Assembly: GCA_965238175.1 (NCBI GenBank)
Contig: CBDEGZ010000003.1
Location: forward strand, 736,001-800,000
DNA: 64,000 nucleotides
Direction: 5' to 3'
Source of the DNA: Gammaproteobacteria bacterium
GTDB taxonomy: Bacteria; Pseudomonadota; Gammaproteobacteria; CAJXQU01
Shown here: positions 11,470-18,762 of the stretch, piece by piece
Layout: every line of letters starts with the position of its first letter
Numbering within the stretch: the first letter of the stretch is position 1
Position numbers and translations under genes: made by a program
Notes under the pieces: generated by a model
What the model saw: only the letters and a program-made list of their open reading frames with translations
Database searches by the model: none
What the model was told of the DNA's origin: nothing

Positions 11470-11620
11470 AGGATTGCTGTCATATATACGGCCCTCAATG
11501 AAGTTTTCAACTTCTGACCTGGATGTATTACGCGCCTATTTTCCTTATCAGGTTATCGGTATTAGTTACCCCTGAGCTCGACAGGTTTTCAATAGGCTGG
11601 TTTGACCTGTTATGCCATCT
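11470..11620 (-). ncRNA. Predicted bridge RNA/seekRNA in the non-coding region downstream of the IS1111 transposase (ends approximate)
   Basis: RNA GCCUAUU...CGAGCUCA-GGGUAACUAAUACCG-AUAACCUGA...AAUAGGC (target loop), then ACAUC...GAAGUUgaaAACUUC...AUAUAUGA (donor loop); segments match the insertion site and the circle junction. Confidence 0.8.
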
Positions 11621-11665
11621 TTAGTTTTACCTTCGCAATTCGTTGAAATGATTTGTTCTCTCTAT

Positions 11666-12679
11666 TTAGGCCGGTGAGTAGTCATCACCAGAAACCGTTA
11701 TAGCCCAGGCCATTCTTGCCATTTTGTTGGCATACGCCACACACGCTCGATTATGCCCCCGCGTCTCAACTAAACGATTAATCCATTGACTCAGTTTATC
11801 GCCTTTCGTTTTGGCTCTTGATACCACGGCCTTCGCGCCTAGAATTAACAAACAACGAAGGTATTTATTGCCGCGTTTACTGATCCCCAGTAGCACCTCT
11901 TTACCACCACTACTGTACTGTCGTGGAACAAGTCCTAATGAGGCGGACACATCGCGCCCTTTGTGATAATGAGCGCCGTTTCCCACTTCATTAAAATACG
12001 CGCTCGAGACCATCGGCCCAAACCCTGGAATAGTTTGTAAGCGTTGGCAAATCGCATTGTTTTTTGCCGATTGAATGATCAATTGGTCAAATGTCGCAAT
12101 ACAGGCATCAAGTGATTGCCATTGTTCCTTTAGCTGGCGCAGTATCCTTTTGAAAGTAACGGACAACCGTTCGTTCTCATCACTTAATAGCAACGGGATA
12201 GATTGACGTAGGGTATTTAGGCCGGGACGAAGGCTAATGCCATATTCTGCAACAAGCGCTCTCATTTGGTTACATAATGCGGTTCTTTGTCTGACCGCTA
12301 AGTCTCTTGCTTTATGTTGTGCCTGGTTGTCTTGTTGCTCAACTGATTTAATGCCCACACTTTTTAAATGAGGTTGTTTCGCAGCAACGGCGATGGCCAA
12401 GGCATCGTTATAATCATTCTTATTGCCGATTAGAAATGCGTTAACATGCTGAGGTGGTAGTAATTTCACCTGATGTCCCTGTTGTTGTATCGCTCGGGCC
12501 CAATACTGTGACGTTGCACAAGATTCTATTGCGACTAAACAAGGAGGTTGAGATTGAAAAAAGGAGAGTACCTGCGCTCGCTTTAACATTTTCTTTTTGA
12601 TTATACGCCCTTGTTGATTACAGCAGACAGCATGAAATACGTTTTTTGCTATGTCTAACCCGATTGTTGTAGTCTTCAT
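11666..12679 (-). CDS. IS110-family recombinase (DEDD RuvC-like domain plus Tnp20 domain)
   Basis: IGLDIAK, AIES, KNDYNDA (DEDD); GLVPRQYSSGG catalytic Ser; ATG 12679 with an AGAGGAG RBS. Confidence 0.95.
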   Translation of the reverse strand: MKTTTIGLDIAKNVFHAVCCNQQGRIIKKKMLKRAQVLSFFQSQPPCLVAIESCATSQYWARAIQQQGHQVKLLPPQHVNAFLIGNKNDYNDALAIAVAAKQPHLKSVGIKSVEQQDNQAQHKARDLAVRQRTALCNQMRALVAEYGISLRPGLNTLRQSIPLLLSDENERLSVTFKRILRQLKEQWQSLDACIATFDQLIIQSAKNNAICQRLQTIPGFGPMVSSAYFNEVGNGAHYHKGRDVSASLGLVPRQYSSGGKEVLLGISKRGNKYLRCLLILGAKAVVSRAKTKGDKLSQWINRLVETRGHNRACVAYANKMARMAWAITVSGDDYSPA

Positions 12680-13319
12680 TTTGGTCTTCTCCTCTTTTGA
12701 TTGTGTGTATGTCAGTTCAATCATGGCACCTAGATGCCGTTAGGGGGAGGAGACCATCACATCAGGTTATTTATTAAGTGTCTTGAAAATGAAGGAATTA
12801 AATATATTTTTGGTGTTCCGGGTGAAGAGAACCTGGATATGCTAGAGTCATTATAAATGACTCTTCCATTGAGCTTATTCTTACCCGTCATGAGTAACCT
12901 GCAGGTTTTATGGCAGTAACCTTTGGCGTTTCCTTTTTAGGTCTACTAGCTAATCCTAAAAAAAATATTGGACATAGACGAGGCAGTATAAGTGTATAAT
13001 TAGGTCTAGCTATATTAAGAACTTCTGGTCTTCTAGAAACTATAAATCTCATCGGATTATTAGTTACAAACAATTAAAGGCTAATGACTTGTTTTTAATT
13101 CATCTTAAAAAGCTATCAAAGTAAAACCAGTGGAAATGTTTATAGCCTTCTATTTATGATTAGTTCTACGATAAGAACTATCATTTTACTCAGGATTTGA
13201 GTGAAAATGTTAGTTTTTCGAATCATTTTTCTCTTGTAAGTTTCTTTAGGACTAACACTTTTTGGCGCAAGTGCAATTATTTACATAGCGATCCTAAAAT
13301 AGTTGCCGTTAAATGTTAC

Positions 13320-13462
13320 TTAGTCATTTTACTGCTGCACAATTCATTGTTGATATTTTTGCTTTTCCTTGGAGAACTGATTATCCTTACCAAAGATTGG
13401 TAGATGTAGGATTTATAGCTGTGGGTATTGTTATTGTTGGGGGGCTTCAGGCTAACTTATGA
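13320..13462 (+). pseudogene. Possible remnant of an SMR/EamA (ArnE/F-like) small membrane protein
   Basis: Two joined frames read LIFLLFLGELIILTK/LVDVGFIAVGIVIVG, like the FLGE..S..K..G..LI..G C-terminus of that family. Confidence 0.35.
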
Positions 13463-13518
13463 TTTACTGACATGGTTAAATTGCCCCTTCTCCTGCGTCA
13501 TTATGAGCTTAATTTAGT

Positions 13519-14160
13519 ATGAAAAAAAAAATCGAGGGTAAAGACCTATTCATAGGAATTGCCCATGCTGATAAGTATCAGTCAGGAAATTGGATATCAA
13601 AAAGACTTGTTAATGAATTTATGGAGACAGTTCTTACAACAGTAAAAGAGGCTGGCTCTATAGATGTTCATGAGATTGGATGTGGTGAAGGCCATATCCT
13701 TGGTATCCTTGCGATAAATGATTTTACCATTCGAGGTTGCGATCTATCACGGGAATCACTAGCTGTTGCAGCTACTGAAGCAAGCAAACGCGACTTAAAA
13801 CTCTCACTTAAACATAAGAGTATTTATGATCTGGACCCTGCTGAAGATTCTGCCGATACAGTCATTTGTTGTGAGGTATTAGAACACTTAGAAGATCCGC
13901 AACTCGCCTTAAGAAAACTTATTTCAATAACAAAAAAAGATTTGATCATTAGTGTACCAAGAGAACCTATATGGCATCTATTGAATATGCTACGAGGTAA
14001 ATATTTACATGCACTAGGTAATACACCAGGGCATTTTCAGCATTGGTCTAAAAATATGTTCATTGATTTCGTCAGTCCTCATTGTGAAATTATTGCTGTT
14101 AAAACACCTTTGCCATGGACTTTGATTCATTGTCACCCTAAATCAAATCGGAGAACATGA
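13519..14160 (+). CDS. Class I SAM-dependent methyltransferase
   Basis: EIGCGEG, CCEVLEHL.DP, ISVPREP. Confidence 0.9.
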   Translation: MKKKIEGKDLFIGIAHADKYQSGNWISKRLVNEFMETVLTTVKEAGSIDVHEIGCGEGHILGILAINDFTIRGCDLSRESLAVAATEASKRDLKLSLKHKSIYDLDPAEDSADTVICCEVLEHLEDPQLALRKLISITKKDLIISVPREPIWHLLNMLRGKYLHALGNTPGHFQHWSKNMFIDFVSPHCEIIAVKTPLPWTLIHCHPKSNRRT

Positions 14161-14163
14161 ACA

Positions 14164-15111
14164 ATGACAAACAGGCTGTTAGTTGCAATTCCGTGTCTTA
14201 ATGAAGCTAGCACCATTGAGAAAGTGGTGCAGGATGTACCCCGCACCATCTTAGGTATCGATATAGTGAAGGTACTTGTAGTGGATGATGGTTCGTCCGA
14301 CGAAACAAGTAGTTTGGCTGTTAGTGCAGGTGCTTCAGTCATAAATCATTCTCGTAACGTTGGTGTGGGCAAAGCTTTTCAAACTGCGGTCAACTATGCC
14401 ATCGAAAATAATTTTGACTTGATGATAAATATTGATGGCGATCGCCAGTTCAACCCAAAAGATATACCAAAGCTTGTTACACCTTTACTTGAAAAGCAAG
14501 CGGATATGGTGACAGCATCAAGATTTTTAAATGGTGAAATACCTATTGATATGCCAAAAGTTAAACAGATAGGTAACCGCATGATGTCTTTCCTGATCAG
14601 CAGGATGGTTAGACAAAAGTTTTATGATGTTTCTTGTGGGTTTAGAGGCTACAGCCGTGAAGCTCTACTTCAATTAAATCTACACGGAGCGTTTACCTAT
14701 ACACAAGAAACCTTCTTGGATTTTGCAGTTAAACGCTTAACTATTTTGGAAATTCCAACCCAAGTAGCTTACTTTCAGGATCGAGAATCCAGAGTTGCAG
14801 GAAGTATTTCTAAGTATGCACTCAATACAGCTAAAATTATTTTTCGTGGTTACCGAGATTATTTTCCATTAAGATTTTTTTGGAGTATCGCATTAGGGTT
14901 TTCAATCCCAGCTATGCTATTAGCCCTTATATTTTTTGGACACTATTTTATATCAGGTGTCTTCACAGGTTATTTATTTGCAGGCTTCTTATCTGCATTC
15001 TTATTCCTAATGGCAATGGTATTTTTTGTGTTAGGTGTGGTCACAGAGATGCTAGATCGAATTCGTTCAAATCAAGAACGCATACTCTATAGGCTTAAGA
15101 AACGTGATTGA
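14164..15111 (+). CDS. GT2 polyprenyl-phosphate glycosyltransferase (GtrB/DPM-like) with 2 C-terminal TM
   Basis: IPCLNE, VDDGSSD, DGDRQF, ASRF, D.SCGFR; hydrophobic C-terminal pair. Confidence 0.9.
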   Translation: MTNRLLVAIPCLNEASTIEKVVQDVPRTILGIDIVKVLVVDDGSSDETSSLAVSAGASVINHSRNVGVGKAFQTAVNYAIENNFDLMINIDGDRQFNPKDIPKLVTPLLEKQADMVTASRFLNGEIPIDMPKVKQIGNRMMSFLISRMVRQKFYDVSCGFRGYSREALLQLNLHGAFTYTQETFLDFAVKRLTILEIPTQVAYFQDRESRVAGSISKYALNTAKIIFRGYRDYFPLRFFWSIALGFSIPAMLLALIFFGHYFISGVFTGYLFAGFLSAFLFLMAMVFFVLGVVTEMLDRIRSNQERILYRLKKRD

Positions 15112-15168
15112 TTACTCCCTATGGCTATGGTTGATCCTTAATGCAATGCTAGAAAATGTGTAGATAAA

Positions 15169-16041
15169 ATGCTTTGTAAGATATGTCAAAATAATACGAC
15201 AGCATTTTGGCTGACTACCAAGGGTTACAACATCGGGAAATGTTCACATTGCGGGTTTGCACAAGCACTGGATATTCCTTCAGAAACTGAATTAGATGAA
15301 CTCTATGAATTGTTACATGCAAAGCACATTAAATATCGCAGCAGCCAGTCAGCAAAAATAGAAAACAAACGACGTGTTTCTTTTTTGAAAAAACATATCG
15401 CTGAAGGAGCGAAAGTACTAGATGCAGGCTGTGCTAGCGGGGACTTTATGGCGATAGGAGTAGAAGATTTTGAAATGTATGGCTCTGACATCTCTACATC
15501 CGCAATAGAATATGCAAAGAAACGGTTGCCAGAACTAAGTAAACGGTTAAAAGCTCACCGACTAGAAGATGAAAATATAGGTTGGCATGACTTCGATGCC
15601 ATTTGCCTTTGGGATGTGATTGAGCATGTGGCAGATCCCATCAATGTTACCCAATTAATAATGGATCGAGTTAAACCTGGTGGGTATTTATTCATCTCAA
15701 CACCTGACTTTGGTTCGCTTATAGCAAAACTAATGCGATCCAATTGGGCCTTTATGACACCACCCTATCACTTAGGATATTTCACAAAACAGTCATTTAA
15801 AATACTCTTCCAAAACCATTCATCAGGTAAAATTATCCGTTATGAAACCAAAGGCAAAACAGTCGATTTATCTTTTTTAATGTATAAGTTAAATCAAATG
15901 AATAAGTGGTTATCACCTGAGTTTTTATTAAATTGGGTTGTTAAAAGCCGTATGGGACAAGTTAAACTTTATATTCCAACGAATGACATTGCATACCTAG
16001 TTATCCAGAAGCCTTCTGCAATTACTAAGGACAGAAACTAG
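15169..16041 (+). CDS. Class I SAM methyltransferase with N-terminal CxxC...CxxC zinc ribbon
   Basis: CKIC, CSHCG, VLDAGCASG, WDVIEH, KPGG.LFISTP, PPYHL. Confidence 0.9.
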   Translation: MLCKICQNNTTAFWLTTKGYNIGKCSHCGFAQALDIPSETELDELYELLHAKHIKYRSSQSAKIENKRRVSFLKKHIAEGAKVLDAGCASGDFMAIGVEDFEMYGSDISTSAIEYAKKRLPELSKRLKAHRLEDENIGWHDFDAICLWDVIEHVADPINVTQLIMDRVKPGGYLFISTPDFGSLIAKLMRSNWAFMTPPYHLGYFTKQSFKILFQNHSSGKIIRYETKGKTVDLSFLMYKLNQMNKWLSPEFLLNWVVKSRMGQVKLYIPTNDIAYLVIQKPSAITKDRN

Positions 16042-16042
16042 T

Positions 16043-18055
16043 ATGTGTGGCATTTTTGGTGTTATCGCGAATCCTGCTTCTAGTGTAGATTCGCACATAC
16101 TAGAGAAAGTAGTGAGAGACGTTTTTAACCTTTCGGAAGTTCGTGGAAAAGATGCTTCTGGTGCCTTGGCAGTTCTTCCAGAACGTATTGAGTTGATAAA
16201 ATCTTCGCAACGAGTAAGTCACCTAGTTAAGCAACCACAATTTGATCAATTAATAATTAATGCTTGTAAGGCATATGAGTCAGAAAACATTTTTGCGATT
16301 GCTGGCCACACTCGCATGGCTACAAATGGGACGGAAGGAAAAGGTTTTAATAACCAGCCAGTCATAAAAGATAACCACTTGATTTTACATAATGGGATTA
16401 TCGTAAATGATGCAAATCTTTGGAGTTTAAACCCTTCTCTCGAAAGGGAATATGAAGTTGACACGGAGATTTTTGGTGCACTTTTAGGTAAAGAGACGGA
16501 ACAAGGACAAGCGTTTTTAGATGCAATGCAAGATGCATTTTTAAATATCAAGGGTGCTAACACCATTGCTGCACTGCCTCTAAACGAAAATCAAATGATG
16601 ATTGCAACTTCAAATGGTTCTATGTACTTCTGGCAAGCTAAGGATGAAAGTGTAATAGTGTTTGCCTCGGAAGAATTGATTGTTGAGCATACAGCTAAAC
16701 GATTAAAACTAACAAGTGACAGGAGCCAAGTACAACAATTAAAACCTGGGCAAGCATTAGTAATAGATTTAATAAGTTCGAAACTTGAAACTTTTTATCT
16801 TTCAGGTGAAAAAATTAACCTGCCTGAGAGGAAAATAAAAAAACGTCATTTAATAAGTATTCCATTCGAAAACACCCATAAAAATAACATACCTACCTTC
16901 TCTAATGAGTTGAAAGATATTGAACGATTGATGCAAATAGATCGAGACGCTATAGATAATATTAAGCGTTGTACCCACTGTTTATTGCCACAAACCTTTC
17001 CGTTTATTCGTTTTGATGATAAGGGTTTTTGCCAACTTTGTCGACAGCATCAATCACTTTCGTTAAAAGGAACGAGTGCTTTAAAAACATTAGCAAATCA
17101 AGCACGCAAAAATAATGGTCATCCTGACTGTCTCGTTCCTATCAGCGGAGGCCGCGATAGTTGTTATGGTTTGCACTACATCAAAAAAGAGTTGGAGCTA
17201 AATCCAGTAGCTTATACCTATGACTGGGGATTCGTAACCAATTTAGCTCGACGTAATATTTCACGAATGTGCGGAGAGCTAGGTATTGAGCACGTACTTA
17301 TCGCTGCTGATATCCGACAAAAACGAGAAAATGTGCGGAAAAACGTCACGACCTGGCTAAGAAATCCCGCTCTTGGAATGATCCCTTTATTTATGGCTGG
17401 CGACAAAATGTTTTTTTATTATGCAAGCATGATCCGCCATCAGATGGATTTGGGGCCAATTTTATTTAGTATGAATTGGCTGGAAAAAACAGGCTTTAAA
17501 ACAGGTTTCGCAAATGTTGATGACCTTCAAAATACTGATGCAGGTGTTGAAGGTAAAACATATGCCATGGGCTTATGGAATAAGACTAAGCTTATTTCAT
17601 ACTATGGGCAAGAATTTTTAAAAAATCCGAAGTATTTGAATAAGAGTATCCCTGATACGTTACAAGCTTTTTTTTCGTACTATGTGCAACGTAAGGATTA
17701 CGATTCCATCTTTGACTACTTACCCTGGGATGAACGATCTATTGAACACACTATAATAGATGGCTATGACTGGGAAACTTCACCAGATACAGTTTCAACA
17801 TGGAGGATTGGGGATGGTACAGCACCTTTTTACAATTACATATATCTTAAAGTTGCGGGATTTAGTGAGCACGATACTTTTAGAAGTAACCAAATCCGTG
17901 AAGGTATGATTACTCGTAAAGAGGCTCTTTCTCTACTTGAGGAAGAAAATCAACCACGCGTGGAATCCTTCAAATGGTACTGTGATACAGTAGGTATAGA
18001 TGCTATTGAATCATTGAAAATCATCAATAAAATTCCAAAGCTCTATTCTTGCTAA
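16043..18055 (+). CDS. Fusion of class II (Ntn) glutamine amidotransferase and WbuX/WbpG-like N-acetyl-sugar amidotransferase
   Basis: MCGIFG, GHTRMATNG, HNGII.N, DTE; then CTHC..CQLC and PP-loop SGGRDS, SNQIREG.ITR.EA. Confidence 0.82.
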   Translation: MCGIFGVIANPASSVDSHILEKVVRDVFNLSEVRGKDASGALAVLPERIELIKSSQRVSHLVKQPQFDQLIINACKAYESENIFAIAGHTRMATNGTEGKGFNNQPVIKDNHLILHNGIIVNDANLWSLNPSLEREYEVDTEIFGALLGKETEQGQAFLDAMQDAFLNIKGANTIAALPLNENQMMIATSNGSMYFWQAKDESVIVFASEELIVEHTAKRLKLTSDRSQVQQLKPGQALVIDLISSKLETFYLSGEKINLPERKIKKRHLISIPFENTHKNNIPTFSNELKDIERLMQIDRDAIDNIKRCTHCLLPQTFPFIRFDDKGFCQLCRQHQSLSLKGTSALKTLANQARKNNGHPDCLVPISGGRDSCYGLHYIKKELELNPVAYTYDWGFVTNLARRNISRMCGELGIEHVLIAADIRQKRENVRKNVTTWLRNPALGMIPLFMAGDKMFFYYASMIRHQMDLGPILFSMNWLEKTGFKTGFANVDDLQNTDAGVEGKTYAMGLWNKTKLISYYGQEFLKNPKYLNKSIPDTLQAFFSYYVQRKDYDSIFDYLPWDERSIEHTIIDGYDWETSPDTVSTWRIGDGTAPFYNYIYLKVAGFSEHDTFRSNQIREGMITRKEALSLLEEENQPRVESFKWYCDTVGIDAIESLKIINKIPKLYSC

Positions 18056-18071
18056 TTTCTACTTCCTTGTT

Positions 18072-18488
18072 ATGCGACTAGCTTTACTCTTAAAACCAGT
18101 TCAATGGCGAGAATTGTTAAAGTATTTGTCTATCAGTATCTTAGTTTACATATACATCATGATTGCGATGTATACGTTAGTAGATTATTGGCAGCAAGAT
18201 CCCGTTCTCTCGTTTATGGTTGTATATTTGGCCGCTTATATTATGGAATATATTCTTACTTTACGTTTTGTTTTCAAAAGAACTCATCAATGGAAAAAAG
18301 TTTTTAAATACGTTATCTATATCGTCATTTTCTTGTGTTTGAGTACTATGCTTTACAAATTATTACTTTATATAGACATTCATTATTTACTGGCGACCAT
18401 ACTAACTGCAATTACTTTAATGCCGGTTCGTTTTGTAGTTAATAAGTATTGGGTTTACCATGAAAAATGTGACTTGGAATGGCCATGA
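18072..18488 (+). CDS. GtrA-family lipid-linked sugar flippase
   Basis: 138 aa, 4 TM, LLKY, RFVF, RFVVNKYWVY. Confidence 0.8.
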   Translation: MRLALLLKPVQWRELLKYLSISILVYIYIMIAMYTLVDYWQQDPVLSFMVVYLAAYIMEYILTLRFVFKRTHQWKKVFKYVIYIVIFLCLSTMLYKLLLYIDIHYLLATILTAITLMPVRFVVNKYWVYHEKCDLEWP

Positions 18489-18762
18489 TAAAAATAGTAG
18501 TATTCTGCACTTTTAGCATTAAGTTTAGAAAGCACTTAACCTAAAATAAGTTTTAAAAAGTTATAAGATCCGAAAGGGACATCTTCGTAATTTAACTAAT
18601 TAATATACAACGATTACAAATAAAAATTATGCTCTGGAGTCAATAAAATAGTAGTTATTATCTGATTTTAAATATTATCGGATAACGTAAATATTTTCTA
18701 AAAGTTATGACAACATCATTGCAATAAGAACTATATGTGTTCAAGCTAACTATATACGTATC

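Larger units (their letters stand above)
11420..12764 (-). mobile_element. IS110-family element, IS1111 subgroup
   Basis: 13-bp perfect sub-terminal IRs ATGGTCTCCTCCC (11423-11435) / GGGAGGAGACCAT (12745-12757), 3 and 7 nt inside the ends as typical for IS1111; TCA core at both junctions (11417-11419, 12762-12764); no TSD. Confidence 0.93.
10007..12767. mobile_element. IS982-like MITE (~183 bp when empty) hosting two nested IS; 6-bp TSD TATTTA
   Basis: Left end ATCTGAACTCGGGATAAG (10007-10024); right end CTTATCCCGAGTTCA (11405-11419) + GGT (12765-12767); TATTTA at 10001-10006 and 12768-12773; empty site visible at 21311-21316. IS982 assignment is from recalled ACC-type ends. Confidence 0.85.
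9595..12926 (+). repeat. Left copy of ~560-bp direct repeat (interrupted at 10007-12773 by nested elements and TSD)
   Basis: 9595-10006 equals 20905-21316 with 1 mismatch; 12774-12926 aligns to 21317-21467. Confidence 0.95.
9985..12926 (+). pseudogene. 5' fragment of acetolactate synthase, split by the MITE stack and degraded
   Basis: MKASNLF|IKCLENEGIKYIFGVPGEENLDMLES, then two 1-nt insertions and CAA>TAA relative to the intact copy at 21295. Confidence 0.92.

Noticed and set aside
12888-13403. ORFs 12888-13073 (-) and 13197-13403 (+)
   Set aside because: The first spans the repeat/island junction; the second has no RBS or motif apart from the possible SMR remnant. Not credible intact genes.
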